Assembly: GCA_963799485.1 (NCBI GenBank)
Contig: CAWCXJ010000001.1
Span: 160,001-224,000, forward strand
Reading direction: 5' to 3'
DNA: 64,000 bases
DNA from: an uncultured Trueperaceae bacterium
GTDB lineage: Bacteria > Deinococcota > Deinococci > Deinococcales > Trueperaceae
A program made the position numbers and the translations under genes. The notes below the pieces were generated by a model. That model made no database searches, was not told where the DNA came from, and saw only the letters and a list, made by a program, of their open reading frames with translations. Positions 1 through 10,604 of the stretch are shown one piece after another (the stretch's first letter is position 1; every line of letters begins with the position of its first letter).

Positions 1-713
1 CGCACTACCCGGTACTCTATCTGCACGACGGACAAAACTGTTTTGAGACGTTCTCAGGAGACGCGTTCGGCGCGACCTGGCGGGCTGAACATGCCGCAGA
101 CGCTATGGTTGCGGCGGGGCGAGCTCGGCCCTGTATCATCGTCGGGGTGAGTAACGGCGGAAAGAACAGGCTCGCGGAGTACCAACCCCCCTACAGCCGC
201 GTCCCGGACGCACCGCGCCGTAAACTCCAGCGCACGCCGCGAGGACGGGCCGACGACCTCTACCGCGAATACCGTAAAATTTCAGGCTTTATCGCCGCGC
301 ATTTTCGCGTGCTGCCGGGGCGCGAGCACACCGCCACCTGCGGCTCGTCGATGGGCGGACTTTTTTCGGCGTATCTGGCATTTGAACACCCTGACTTTGC
401 CAAGCATCACGCCCTGATGTCGCCGTCGTTTTGGACGACCGAGCATAAGGGCAAGCTCGAGCTACTCCGCCGTCTGCGCCGTAAACCCGTCCGCGACGTG
501 CGTATATGGCTCGATTCGGGCGAGGGTGAAGGTGACTCGGACGACAACAAAACCGTGACGCTGTTAGCCAGGGAAGCCCTCCTCGAAGCCGGCTACGAAG
601 AAAGCCGCGAGTTCGTCTATCGCTTTTTTCCGGGCGCAGCGCACAGCGAAGCGTCGTGGGCGGCGCGGTTTCCCGAGGTGCTCAGCTACCTCTTTCCGGC
701 AAAACCCGGATGA
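1..713 (+). CDS. Alpha/beta hydrolase (putative esterase family), 5'-truncated by window edge
   Basis: Frame is open from base 3 (HYPVLYLHDGQNCFE); GSSMGG nucleophile elbow; C-terminal HSEASWAARF. Confidence 0.85.
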   Translation, partial: HYPVLYLHDGQNCFETFSGDAFGATWRAEHAADAMVAAGRARPCIIVGVSNGGKNRLAEYQPPYSRVPDAPRRKLQRTPRGRADDLYREYRKISGFIAAHFRVLPGREHTATCGSSMGGLFSAYLAFEHPDFAKHHALMSPSFWTTEHKGKLELLRRLRRKPVRDVRIWLDSGEGEGDSDDNKTVTLLAREALLEAGYEESREFVYRFFPGAAHSEASWAARFPEVLSYLFPAKPG

Positions 714-1439
714 GGCGGCGTTACGAACGGCTTTACAGCCCCGCTGTCGGGCGAGACGTGCAGGTACTGGCGTTCGGGCACTACGGTGCGCCGCTGCTCG
801 CGTTTCCGTCCGGGGTGGACAGCTTTACGACTTTGAAACAAACGGCATGATTGCGGCGGTTGCGTCCTTCGACGCTGGAAAGAAGGTTTATTGTCCGGAA
901 AGTTTAGACCTCGAGTCCCTTCTCGCTTACAAAGACCCGCACGAGCGGGCGCTCCGGCACGGCGCTTACGAAGACTTCGTCGTCCACACGTTGCTAGGGG
1001 CGATTCGCGCCGATTGTGACGACGGCAGCCTCACCGCTGCGCTGACGGGCTGTTCGATTGGGGCGTTTCACGCCGCAAACTTCGCCCTTAAACACCCGCA
1101 CCTCTTCCCCTACGCACTCTGCTCAAGCGGGCGTTACGATTTGGAAACGATCACCGGCTCGAGCAGCTCGCGGGAGGTTTACTTCAACAATCCGGTCGCG
1201 TACGTGCCGAACTTTACGGGGGCACACTTGGGGTTCGTCCGGAGAAACGCACGTCTGATTCTGGTCGCCGGTCAAGGTGCGTGGAAGAGAAGTGTCTACG
1301 CGACACGCGCCGTTCGGCAGATTTGCTCGCCCAAAAAGGCATCTCGCATGAGCATGACATCTGGGGTGGGGACGCCGAACATCACTGGTACTGGTGGCAA
1401 AAACAGCTCGCGCATCACCTGGGGCGGTCACTGGGCTAG
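710..1439 (+). pseudogene. Esterase-family protein with two frameshifts (pseudogene or sequencing error)
   Basis: ATG 710 overlaps upstream TGA; FGHYGAPLLAFPS, shift at ~812 to GGQLYDFE, GCSIGAFHA and YFNNP, shift at ~1284 to EEKCL...HHWYWWQKQL, TAG at 1437-1439. Confidence 0.8.
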
Positions 1440-1512
1440 ACGCCACCGGGCAGGGCGCGGAATAATACCGGAATTACTAGTTTTACGGCTGCGGAAGAAT
1501 AGGCGGAGGCGT

Positions 1513-2766
1513 ATGAGCAAAATATCTGAAAACAACCTCGTCAAGAAGAAACTGGGCCTGCTCTTAGGCGACGAAGACGACTGGCCGAGCGCGTTGGAGG
1601 CGCTCGCCGGAAAGTTTCTCAGACCCATCAAAAAGGGCCGTAAAAGCTACGAGTTTGACCTCGAGCGTATCCGCATCCACCCCTTTGCCCTAAATGCACC
1701 GACCTCGTACAACCTGGTTATCGACCGCCTCGCCTGGTGGCACACGACCCCGCGCGAATGGCTGAAAAAAGCCGCGATGGTCAACGGCACCTACCTCTTA
1801 AACAACCCCTTTACCTTTCAGAGCATGGAAAAACACACCGCCTACTGCGTCATGCTCCGGTTGGGCCTGCGCATCCCTGAAACCTGGCTGATTCCGCCCA
1901 AGGAAGGCCCGGATACCGAGAAGTTTCGCCGCACCGCCGAGCGCTATCACGACTTATTCGACCTGCCGAAGATTGCCGAAGGGATCGGCTACCCGATGTT
2001 TATGAAACCCTTCGACGGCGGCGGCTGGCGCGGCGTTTCGGGCGTCAACGACGCGGGCGAACTGCAAAGGAGTTACGACGCGTCGGGCAACATGATTATG
2101 CACCTGCAAAAAGCCGTCGATTTCGAGGTGTTCGTCCGCTCGCTAGGCGTCGGGCCGCAGATTATCAGCCTGTCTTACGACCCCGCACAGCCCCTGCACG
2201 GGCGTTACAGCGTCCGGCACGACTTTTTAGACGCGGATACCGGACGCGAAGCGCGGGCGATTACCAAAATCATCAATGCCGTTTTTCGCTGGGAGTTCAA
2301 CTCGTGTGAGGCGCTCTTAAAGGACGGGACGCTCTGGCCCATCGACTTTGCCAACGCCTGCCCCGACATCGCCCTGACGAGCCTGCACTACTATTTTCCC
2401 TGGGCCATCAAGTCGCTTTTGGCCTGGAGCGTATTTTGCGGCGTCACGGAGCGGCAGCCGCGCGTGACGATGGATTTGGAGCACTATTTCAAGATTGCCG
2501 ATTCTGACCGGAGCTACGACGAGAAGCTTGCCGAATACGAACGGCTTGCCGACGCCTACTTCGACACCGAACGCTTCGAGGCGTTCCGGGCGGAAGAACT
2601 CGCCGGGCTCGACGAGGCGATGTGGGAACTTGTCGGCAGCGCGGAGTTTGACAGCATTTTACGGCGCACCGTCGAAACGACCTTTCCGGCCCACGAACAC
2701 GAACAGTTTACGGCGCACTATCAGGGGCTGATGCAGCACTGGCTCGAGGCTGAACGCCCACGTTGA
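1513..2766 (+). CDS. ATP-grasp domain ligase (RimK/glutathione-synthetase-like)
   Basis: GGAGG RBS then ATG 1513; motifs VIDRL, LNNPF, GYPMFMKPFDGGGWRGV, IDFANACPD. Confidence 0.85.
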   Translation: MSKISENNLVKKKLGLLLGDEDDWPSALEALAGKFLRPIKKGRKSYEFDLERIRIHPFALNAPTSYNLVIDRLAWWHTTPREWLKKAAMVNGTYLLNNPFTFQSMEKHTAYCVMLRLGLRIPETWLIPPKEGPDTEKFRRTAERYHDLFDLPKIAEGIGYPMFMKPFDGGGWRGVSGVNDAGELQRSYDASGNMIMHLQKAVDFEVFVRSLGVGPQIISLSYDPAQPLHGRYSVRHDFLDADTGREARAITKIINAVFRWEFNSCEALLKDGTLWPIDFANACPDIALTSLHYYFPWAIKSLLAWSVFCGVTERQPRVTMDLEHYFKIADSDRSYDEKLAEYERLADAYFDTERFEAFRAEELAGLDEAMWELVGSAEFDSILRRTVETTFPAHEHEQFTAHYQGLMQHWLEAERPR

Positions 2767-2897
2767 CCCCGGTACAGTGATACCTTGCCGTAGGGATGAA
2801 CCGTCCTATCGCGCAGCTTGAAAACTGCTTTATACTGCATGAGAGGGTTTCCGTCGGGGAAAAGCGAGGTCTACGGGCCTCGCTTTTGGCGTTTGCA

Positions 2898-2942
2898 AAA
2901 CCCTGACGTACGAAACCCTGACGTGCAAGACCTTGATGTACG
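2898..2942. repeat. Three imperfect 15-bp tandem repeats
   Basis: aaaccctgacgtacg / aaaccctgacgtgca / agaccttgatgtacg. Confidence 0.7.
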
Positions 2943-3016
2943 AAAAAACGCTCGAGTAGGCTTGGGGCGTTTATGACCAGATACCGTCCTCTGCATATCG
3001 TCATAAACTGGAACGT

Positions 3017-4489
3017 ATGAAACTCTTTAGCGCCCAAGCGATGCGCGCCGCCGACAAAGCCGCCGCCGACGCGGGCATCCCGCTTTTACTACTGATGGAA
3101 GGGGCCGGTCGCGCTGTAGCCGAGGCCGCGCTGCGTCACTTTCAAGATCAAACCGTGCTCGTCCTCTGCGGCAAAGGCAACAACGGCGGCGACGGTTACG
3201 CCTCCGCCCGACACCTGTTAGGGCGTCGCCGGCTCGAGGTTTTGGAACTTTCGGACACGCTTCATGAGGGCGACGCAAAAACAATGCGAACCGCACTTCT
3301 GGCGCACGGCGTAACACCGCAACCCCTTACCAAGGCGACTTTAAGGGAAGCCTTGCACGTTCGTCCACTCGTCATCGACGCGCTGTTTGGCAGCGGTTTG
3401 TCAAGAGCTTTAGAAGGCGACTTGGCTGAACTGATCGAAGCGTTAAACGAGCGTCGCGCGGACATCCTGAGCATCGACGTCCCTTCAGGGCTTTCAGCGG
3501 ATACCGGCGAGGTTTTGGGGCCGCACCTTCAGGCGACGCGGACGGTGCAACTTGCCGGGGCAAAAGTCTCGAGCCTTTTTTACCCCGCCAAAACCGCGTT
3601 CGGCAAAACCGAAGTCGCCGACATCGGCGTCCCTGCGGCTATCCTGGAGGCGCAATCAAACGTCACCGTGCTGACCCCCGAGACCGTGCGCGCTTCGGTG
3701 CCGACACGTTCGGAAAATACTCAAAAGTATGCCGTCGGGACGGTTTTGGTGATTGCAGGCTCGGCGAAGTACCTGGGTGCGGCGGAGATGGCCTGCCGCG
3801 CGGCCTTGCGGGGCGGCGCCGGGCTCGTCACGCTGGCGGCTGAGGGAAGCTTTTCCGGAACCTGGCCCGAGCTGATTCACGAGCGTCTCGAGTGGAATAA
3901 GAAGCCGCTCGAGACGCTCGCCAACCTCGGTGACAACCGCGCCCGGGTTCGGGTCATCGGGCCGGGTCTGGACAGCCGCGCCGAACCGCTTTTGCCCGAC
4001 CTCATCGCGCAAAAAGGGGTACCTACAGTTTTAGACGCGGGCGCACTCACAGGCGGCGAAGGATGGTTTGAAGCTGTTCGCACCCACGGACGCTGCGTGC
4101 TGACGCCGCACACCGGCGAGGCAGCGAAACTTTTAGATACGTCTACGGCTGAAGTCAAAAAAGACCCGCTTTCAGCTGCGAAGACCCTCGCGCAACGTGC
4201 GGATGCAGTCGCCCTCGTCAAAGGTTCGACAACGGTGATCGCTGCCCCCGACGGACGTGTTTTGGTCAACAGCGGTGGGCATCCGGGGATGGCGACGGGC
4301 GGTACCGGCGACGTGCTGGCAGGGTTTTTGGGCGCGTGGTGTCAGGACGCCGAAAACTTGTTTGCACGAGCCGGGGCCGCCGTCTGGATTCACGCCCGCG
4401 CTGGACAACTCGCCGCAGAACGCTACGGCGACGGACTCATTGCCTCGGACGTAATTGACAACCTGCCCAAAGCGTGGCTCGAGCTGTGA
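3017..4489 (+). CDS. nnr: Bifunctional NAD(P)H-hydrate epimerase/dehydratase (YjeF/NnrE-NnrD)
   Basis: LMEGAG, GKGNNGGDG, DALFGSG, IDVPSG, LTPHTGE, ATGGTGDVLAG. Confidence 0.95.
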   Translation: MKLFSAQAMRAADKAAADAGIPLLLLMEGAGRAVAEAALRHFQDQTVLVLCGKGNNGGDGYASARHLLGRRRLEVLELSDTLHEGDAKTMRTALLAHGVTPQPLTKATLREALHVRPLVIDALFGSGLSRALEGDLAELIEALNERRADILSIDVPSGLSADTGEVLGPHLQATRTVQLAGAKVSSLFYPAKTAFGKTEVADIGVPAAILEAQSNVTVLTPETVRASVPTRSENTQKYAVGTVLVIAGSAKYLGAAEMACRAALRGGAGLVTLAAEGSFSGTWPELIHERLEWNKKPLETLANLGDNRARVRVIGPGLDSRAEPLLPDLIAQKGVPTVLDAGALTGGEGWFEAVRTHGRCVLTPHTGEAAKLLDTSTAEVKKDPLSAAKTLAQRADAVALVKGSTTVIAAPDGRVLVNSGGHPGMATGGTGDVLAGFLGAWCQDAENLFARAGAAVWIHARAGQLAAERYGDGLIASDVIDNLPKAWLEL

Positions 4490-4541
4490 GCGCCGTAAAA
4501 AGAGCTGTAGAAATAGCTGTAAAAAGAACTGTGCCGCGCCT

Positions 4542-5426
4542 GTGCCGCTAACGCGGGCAAGTGTGCGCGTTCCGGCGACCAGCGCCAACTTGGGGCCGGG
4601 TTTCGACTGTCTGGGACTCGCTGTGACCCAGTACTTGGAGGTCTCGGCGACACTTTTACAAAAAGATACGTTTAGTTACACGGGCGTGGGCCGGATTGCG
4701 GACACACCGGACAACCTCACACATCAGGGGTTCCGGGCGGCGTTCGAGGCCGTGGGCAAGGTTGCGCCGCAGGTCGGCATAAAGGCGCACAACACCATCC
4801 CGCTCGCCCGGGGTCTCGGTTCGTCGTCGGCGGCGCTCGTCGCGGGCGCGGCACTCGCCGACGCCTTTTTAGAGGGTGAACTAGGCCGAGACGGGGTGTT
4901 TCAGCTTACTGCAGGACTCGAGGGGCACCCCGACAACGCCGCTCCGGCGGTTTTCGGCGGTTTTACGGTGTCGGCCCGGACAGAAACCGGTTATCTCTGC
5001 CAGGCCCTGCCGCTCCCCGAACACTGGCACCTGCTCTTCGCCGTCCCCGCTACCGAACTCCTGACGCGTGAAGCGAGGGCCGTCTTGCCGCAAACTTATA
5101 GCCGCGCCGACGCCATCTTTAACATAAGCCGCTGCGCCCTCTGGACGACTGCCGTCGCACTCGATAAACCCGACCTTTTGCGTGTCGCCTCGCAGGACAA
5201 GCTGCACGAACCGTACCGTGAACCGCTGCTTCCGGGGTTGGCAAGTTGCCGGAAAGCACTTTTAGACGCGGGCGCGAGCGCGGCGTTTTTGTCCGGAGCC
5301 GGGCCGACGCTGGCGGCAATTTGCACAGCAGCTGTGCCTGAGGAGCTGCTCGAGGTTTTACGGGCGTTTGCGGGGGCGGGGGAGGTGCTCGAGCTGAGGC
5401 CTAGCGAGGGGTACCGGTTATCGTGA
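4542..5426 (+). CDS. thrB: Homoserine kinase
   Basis: VPATSANLGPGFD, PLARGLGSSSAA, EGHPDN, LSGAGPT; start codon uncertain (GTG 4542 chosen). Confidence 0.93.
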   Translation: MPLTRASVRVPATSANLGPGFDCLGLAVTQYLEVSATLLQKDTFSYTGVGRIADTPDNLTHQGFRAAFEAVGKVAPQVGIKAHNTIPLARGLGSSSAALVAGAALADAFLEGELGRDGVFQLTAGLEGHPDNAAPAVFGGFTVSARTETGYLCQALPLPEHWHLLFAVPATELLTREARAVLPQTYSRADAIFNISRCALWTTAVALDKPDLLRVASQDKLHEPYREPLLPGLASCRKALLDAGASAAFLSGAGPTLAAICTAAVPEELLEVLRAFAGAGEVLELRPSEGYRLS

Positions 5427-5563
5427 GCGCGGCATAACAGAAGCAGTTGTACGTTGCGCGACTGTAAAGTTGTGCGGCTGCAGCTTTTAGGCTCGAGCGG
5501 TTGTCAACCGCGCCTGTCACACGCTTGTTTTCCTTGTGCTGCTAAAGTTGACTTACAAAACCT

Positions 5564-7036
5564 TTGAGACAGGAGTCGTGCGCCGTGGCAGATTCGCAAC
5601 AACGTTCAGGTATACGAAGTAAAAAGCTTTTAGGCTTGACGGGTCTACTCGTCTTGCTGGTCGCGTGCAGCGAACCGCAAACGCCTGCTCCGAACGAGCC
5701 GGACGGCGGGATAACCGAACCACCCCCGACCCAGACCCGGACGCTGACGACCTGGACGATCGACCCGGAGTTTGCGGTGAACGAGTTGGACGCCGAAACG
5801 CAGGTCTGGTACGAAAGGGTCAAACTCGAGATCGCCGCCGAAAGTCGCCGCCCCTGCCCCGCTGCGGGAACGGCGCTCGCCGACTACCCCAACAATTACG
5901 GGGGTTCGCCGACGCTTTCCGCCTGCTCCGGCGTCAAACATTACATAGGCCGCAGCGTCAACGGTTGGGTTACGGCGCTGCTGAGCGTCTTCCGGCTTAC
6001 CGGCGACCGTGCGCTGCTCGAGGAGGTCGACCGGGTGATGGAGCTGGCCCGCGCGCAACTAGCAGACACCGACGGCGACGGCTGGCGCAACTTCAAATCG
6101 CTTCCTTCGATCACCGGAACCGACTTCAACCTTAAAGAGGACGACCTCTCTCACGCCTTTATCCCCGAAGTGATCTACGCCTTTAGAAAAAATGCGGCAT
6201 ACAGCACCGCCGAGTACGACTACGCCGCCCACGCCGACGCCTGGTTGGCGTACCTCCGCAACGATTTCGAGGCCAAGTGGGCCGGACGCGGCGAGACCCG
6301 GGCTACCGAAGGGCTCCCCGTCCACCGCCTGATGCATCCTTTTATCGATATGGTTCGCTACACCACCTATATGACCAAAGTGCTCCCCGACGACGCCCGC
6401 TACACGCGCTTAAGTCGGCGTTTGGGCGCGACGGCGCTAGCAGAGTTTCGGACCGACACCACCGCTAACGGCGAAGCGTTCGTCTGGTCGCACGAAGTCC
6501 GGGGTTACGCGGGTATCAGCCCCGACGCGTGCCTGACCTTACAGATGGGAACCTATCCGACCGAGACGATGCAGTCGTTTCTAGACCTGGCGCTCGAGGG
6601 CGTACCGGGGTTTGCCGACCCCGTAAAGTTGCAAAAACTCTCGCGTACCTTGTCTGAGTCGATCCTCGAGCCCAACCGCGTCGGCTTTATGTATAAAGAC
6701 GTGGGCGGGCCCCGCAACGGAATCATCAGTCCGGCAGAGCGTAAACAGACCGTGATCGACGGCTGGTGTTTTGAAGACGTCAATTATTCGCCGGGCAACG
6801 AGCCGGGCAACTGGTTTCGTTCCATAGGCGCTTACCGCGTTTTTAACTACGGCTTTTTTGCAGCGTTTGCGCCCAGTGCGGCCACCCCGCTGGCTGAGAC
6901 CGAAATCTACCGGGTCAACCTCGAGGCTTACGGCGACCCTAGAAGCCCTGCAACGCAGTTATCATCAGCCGCTATTCCGGCTGCGATGGTCTTTGCCGAG
7001 CTTTACAACACGGGCGCTTATCCTATCGGACAATAA
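5564..7036 (+). CDS. Uncharacterised lipoprotein, possibly alpha/alpha-barrel enzyme
   Basis: Lipobox LLVAC after hydrophobic stretch, Pro/Thr linker, DTDGDG motif; true start may be slightly downstream. Confidence 0.7.
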   Translation: MRQESCAVADSQQRSGIRSKKLLGLTGLLVLLVACSEPQTPAPNEPDGGITEPPPTQTRTLTTWTIDPEFAVNELDAETQVWYERVKLEIAAESRRPCPAAGTALADYPNNYGGSPTLSACSGVKHYIGRSVNGWVTALLSVFRLTGDRALLEEVDRVMELARAQLADTDGDGWRNFKSLPSITGTDFNLKEDDLSHAFIPEVIYAFRKNAAYSTAEYDYAAHADAWLAYLRNDFEAKWAGRGETRATEGLPVHRLMHPFIDMVRYTTYMTKVLPDDARYTRLSRRLGATALAEFRTDTTANGEAFVWSHEVRGYAGISPDACLTLQMGTYPTETMQSFLDLALEGVPGFADPVKLQKLSRTLSESILEPNRVGFMYKDVGGPRNGIISPAERKQTVIDGWCFEDVNYSPGNEPGNWFRSIGAYRVFNYGFFAAFAPSAATPLAETEIYRVNLEAYGDPRSPATQLSSAAIPAAMVFAELYNTGAYPIGQ

Positions 7037-7047
7037 CGCCTTTGACG

Positions 7048-7083
7048 ATAAGCCCACTATCCTGAGTCTAGTAATGGGCTTGT
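7048..7083. terminator. Hairpin between convergent genes
   Basis: AAGCCCA...TGGGCTT inverted repeat. Confidence 0.5.
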
Positions 7084-7144
7084 TGTATTTGCCGAGCTGC
7101 ACCGCTTACGTCAAACACTGATGTCAAGCGCACTCAAACCGTAT

Positions 7145-9046
7145 TTAACTCGGTTTCGGCATCATCCCCGGTGGTAGCAGCGGCCCCTTCGACGGTTTTT
7201 CAGGTTGGCTGGCCGGCGGCGGCGTAACTACGTCGAGCGGCGCTTCGTAAGGAACTTCGGGCAGCGTTTCGCCGCGCATGATGGCGGCGAACTCTTCGGC
7301 GTGCAGCGTTTCGCGCTCCAACAGTACCCGGACGATGGTCTCGAGCCCTTCCCGGTTTTCTTTTAAGAGGTTCAGGGTGCGGGTGTACTGAATATCGATA
7401 ATCTCTTTGATCTCGTTATCGACCATTCGGGCGGTTTCTTCGCTGTACGAGCGCATCCCCTCCATTTCGCCCAGGTACGATTCGGAACCGCTCGACAAGG
7501 CCACCCGCCCGAGCGCGTCGCTCATGCCCCAGTTCGTGACCATCCGTTTGGCAATATTCGTGGCCTGCTGAAAGTCGCTCTGCGCGCCCGTGGTCACGTC
7601 GTCGAAGATAATCTCTTCGGCGGCGCGCCCCGCTAGTGCCACGCCGATGGTGTCTAGCAACATGTCGCGTGACATGTACATGCGGTCTTCTTCGGCGACG
7701 CGCATCACGTACCCACCGGCGCGACCACGCGGGACGATGGTGATCTTATGCACCGGGTCGGCGTGGGGCAGCAAAAACGCCGCGAGCGCGTGCCCGCCTT
7801 CGTGGTACGCCGTAATTTTCTTCTCTTTCGGGCTGATAAGCCGGCTCCGGCGCTCCGGCCCCATCACCACGCGGTCGGCGGCTTCGTCAAGGTCTTTAGG
7901 CAAAATCTCTTTACGGTTGGCGCGCGCCGCGACCAGCGCGGCTTCGTTGAGGAGGTTCTCGAGGTCGGCCCCGACAAACCCCGGCGTGCGTTTGGCGACG
8001 GTACTAAGGTCAACACTTTTGGCAAGGGGTTTCCCGCGCGAGTGAATCTGCAAAATCGCGGCCCGCCCCCGCATATCGGGCGCGTCTACGACCACCTGCC
8101 GGTCGAACCGGCCCGGACGCAGGAGTGCGGGGTCTAGCACATCGGGACGGTTCGTCGCGGCGATGATGATGATGTCGTGTTTCGACTCGAAGCCGTCCAT
8201 CTCGACCAAAAGCGCGTTCAAGGTTTGTTCGCGTTCGTCGTTGCCGCCGTTGATATTCATGCCGCGCCGCCGCCCGACCGCGTCGATTTCGTCGATAAAG
8301 ACGATGCACGGGGCGCTCTTTTTGGCGTTTTCAAAGAGGTCACGGACGCGGGCTGCGCCGACGCCGACGAACATCTCGACGAAATCCGAACCGGAAATGC
8401 TGAAAAACGGCACCTTGGCTTCACCGGCGACGGCTTTAGCGAGGTGCGTTTTGCCCGATCCGGGCGGCCCGGCCATCAGCACACCGTGGGGAATCCGCGC
8501 GCCGAGCGCGTGAAACTTGCCGGGATTTTTAAGAAACTCGACGACCTCGAAAAGATCGTTTTTGGCTTCCTCGACGCCTGCCACATCCCGAAACAGGGTT
8601 TGTGAGTGCTCTTCGGTGACGATGCGCGCGCGCGATTTGCCGAACTGCATCGCGCCGTCGCCACCCGAACGCATCCCGCGCATCAGGTACCATAAAAAGG
8701 CGACCATCAGCAAGATGGGTAGCAGGGCGATTAAAAGCCCGCCCCAGTTTTGCGCGCGCGGGGCGACCTCGAGACTCCCGACTTTGGCCTCGATGGCGTT
8801 GAGTTCGTCGGTACTTAGGGGCGCGTTGACGCGCGTGGTGTAGGTTTCACCGCTTTTGGCCTTGACCTCTAAAGCCAGGTCTTTGACCGTTACAGCATCG
8901 ATCTGTGCGCCCTCGAGCTGTCTCGAGAAGTACGTGTAACTCTGCGTATCCGCGCGGTTGCGGGCGTTATTTTGTGAGGCGACGAAGACGACAAACCCCA
9001 GTACTGCGGCCCCGATAAGCAGGCTCCGAATTGGAAATTTCCCCAT
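7145..9046 (-). CDS. ftsH: ATP-dependent zinc metalloprotease FtsH
   Basis: Two TM segments, [28 protein letters not shown]. Confidence 0.97.
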   Translation of the reverse strand: MGKFPIRSLLIGAAVLGFVVFVASQNNARNRADTQSYTYFSRQLEGAQIDAVTVKDLALEVKAKSGETYTTRVNAPLSTDELNAIEAKVGSLEVAPRAQNWGGLLIALLPILLMVAFLWYLMRGMRSGGDGAMQFGKSRARIVTEEHSQTLFRDVAGVEEAKNDLFEVVEFLKNPGKFHALGARIPHGVLMAGPPGSGKTHLAKAVAGEAKVPFFSISGSDFVEMFVGVGAARVRDLFENAKKSAPCIVFIDEIDAVGRRRGMNINGGNDEREQTLNALLVEMDGFESKHDIIIIAATNRPDVLDPALLRPGRFDRQVVVDAPDMRGRAAILQIHSRGKPLAKSVDLSTVAKRTPGFVGADLENLLNEAALVAARANRKEILPKDLDEAADRVVMGPERRSRLISPKEKKITAYHEGGHALAAFLLPHADPVHKITIVPRGRAGGYVMRVAEEDRMYMSRDMLLDTIGVALAGRAAEEIIFDDVTTGAQSDFQQATNIAKRMVTNWGMSDALGRVALSSGSESYLGEMEGMRSYSEETARMVDNEIKEIIDIQYTRTLNLLKENREGLETIVRVLLERETLHAEEFAAIMRGETLPEVPYEAPLDVVTPPPASQPEKPSKGPLLPPGMMPKPS

Positions 9047-9124
9047 AGATTATTCTACTCTTTCACGGTTCTCAAAGTATGGAAGAAAAGTAGCAATACA
9101 GGCCGCAGTGCGCAGAAAGCAGTG

Positions 9125-9163
9125 AGCAACGAGTGCTAAAGCGTTTACTCATGACTCGTTGCT
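9125..9163 (-). terminator. Inverted repeat downstream of dnaB
   Basis: AGCAACGAGT ... ACTCGTTGCT perfect 10-bp arms. Confidence 0.45.
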
Positions 9164-9165
9164 GC

Positions 9166-10497
9166 TTATTGCAGCTTTGCTAAATCATTAAAGCGCACGT
9201 GCGCGTTGTGAAACTGCAACTCGACGGTGCCGACCGGGCCGTTGCGCTGTTTGCCCAGGATGATTTCGGCGATACCCTGCTTTTCCGAGTGTGGGTCGTA
9301 GTATTCGTCGCGGTAGATAAACATCACCAGGTCTGCGTCTTGTTCAATTGCGCCCGATTCACGCAAATCTGAAAGCATCGGGCGTTTGTTGGGCCGCGAC
9401 TCTACCGCGCGCGAAAGCTGCGACAAAACCAAAACCGGGATGTCTAGTTCACGGGCCAGCGCTTTAAGACCGCGCGAGATAGAAGAAATTTCCTGCTGCC
9501 GGTTTTCACCGCCCCCGCTCCGGCTCGAGCCCTGCATCAGCTGCAAATAGTCGATCACGATCAGCCCTAGGTTGTGTTCCGCCATCAGCCGCCGTGAGCG
9601 GCTCCGGAGTTCCATCACCGTCATATCGGCGGCGTCGTCGATAAATATTTTGGCTTCGGACATCTTCCCGGCAGTGTCGGCAAGCCGCTGAAAATCCCGG
9701 TCTGAAAGTTGCCCGTTCCGCACCCGGCTCATATCGACGCGGGCTTCGCTGCAGAGCATCCGCATCACGAGCTGTACGGCGGACATCTCGAGGGAAAAAA
9801 TTCCGACGGTTGTTCCTTCGCGTAAGGCGACCGCTTGACCGATGGTCAAGGCCAGCGCGGTTTTGCCCATACTTGGCCGCGCTGCCAGCACGTTTAGCGA
9901 TGAGGGTTGGAGGCCCGCCGTCAGATTGTCGAGTTCCTTAAAGCCGGTGCGAAGGCCGGTAATCGGGTCGGGGTTGGTGAATAACTCGTTGATCTGCGCG
10001 AAAGAGTCGGCAACCAGAGACGGCATCCCCTCGAAGGCGTGGGTGCGTTTGTTCGATGAGAGTTCAAAAATCCCCGACTCGGCCTTGTCTAAAATCTGCT
10101 CCAAGGGCAGCGCCTGGTCATACGCCGTCTGCATAATCGATCCCGAGGCCGAGATTAAATCACGCAACACCGCTTTTTCGGCGACGATGCGGGCGTAACT
10201 TTCGGCGTAGGCGGCGGTCGGTACAGAGTCGGCCAGGCCAATCAAGTACGGCACGCTGCCGACGGTCTCCAACTCGCCTGTTTGCCGTAATTCTTCAGTC
10301 AGCGTCACCAAATCCATCGGTTCGTTGCGCCGGAAGAGGCGTTCGCACGCCCGCCAGATTTTACGGTGACTCTCTTTATAAAAATGCTCGGCTTGCAGCG
10401 TCCCTTCGATCTGCGCGTAAACCTCGTTGTCGAGTAAAATGCTGCCCAGCACGCTCTGTTCGGCCTCGAGGTTTTGCGGTGGGGTGCGGGAGTCCAT
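9166..10497 (-). CDS. dnaB: Replicative DNA helicase
   Basis: PPQNLEAEQSVLG, AARPSMGKT, IDYLQL, SDLRESGAIEQDAD, KQRNGP. Confidence 0.98.
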   Translation of the reverse strand: MDSRTPPQNLEAEQSVLGSILLDNEVYAQIEGTLQAEHFYKESHRKIWRACERLFRRNEPMDLVTLTEELRQTGELETVGSVPYLIGLADSVPTAAYAESYARIVAEKAVLRDLISASGSIMQTAYDQALPLEQILDKAESGIFELSSNKRTHAFEGMPSLVADSFAQINELFTNPDPITGLRTGFKELDNLTAGLQPSSLNVLAARPSMGKTALALTIGQAVALREGTTVGIFSLEMSAVQLVMRMLCSEARVDMSRVRNGQLSDRDFQRLADTAGKMSEAKIFIDDAADMTVMELRSRSRRLMAEHNLGLIVIDYLQLMQGSSRSGGGENRQQEISSISRGLKALARELDIPVLVLSQLSRAVESRPNKRPMLSDLRESGAIEQDADLVMFIYRDEYYDPHSEKQGIAEIILGKQRNGPVGTVELQFHNAHVRFNDLAKLQ

Positions 10498-10569
10498 TAC
10501 GCGCGACCGGGGGTGAAAGGCTGATTGGGTAGGGGAGAAAGTAGGGTCACGACCTAGAATTGTACCGGA

Positions 10570-10598
10570 TTGACAAACGCTCTGAAACTAGGTAGACG
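10570..10598 (+). promoter_or_regulatory. Sigma70-type promoter driving a putative ncRNA
   Basis: TTGACA (10570-75), 17 nt, TAGACG (10593-98). Confidence 0.6.
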
Positions 10599-10604
10599 GG
10601 AGTT

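Noticed and set aside
847..2766. 639-aa esterase-ATP-grasp fusion ORF
   Set aside because: Produced by a frameshift at ~1284; the ATP-grasp gene has its own RBS and ATG at 1513
9113..9139. CIRCE element upstream of ftsH
   Set aside because: Only one arm (GAGTGCTAA) is present, and it is part of the hairpin downstream of dnaB
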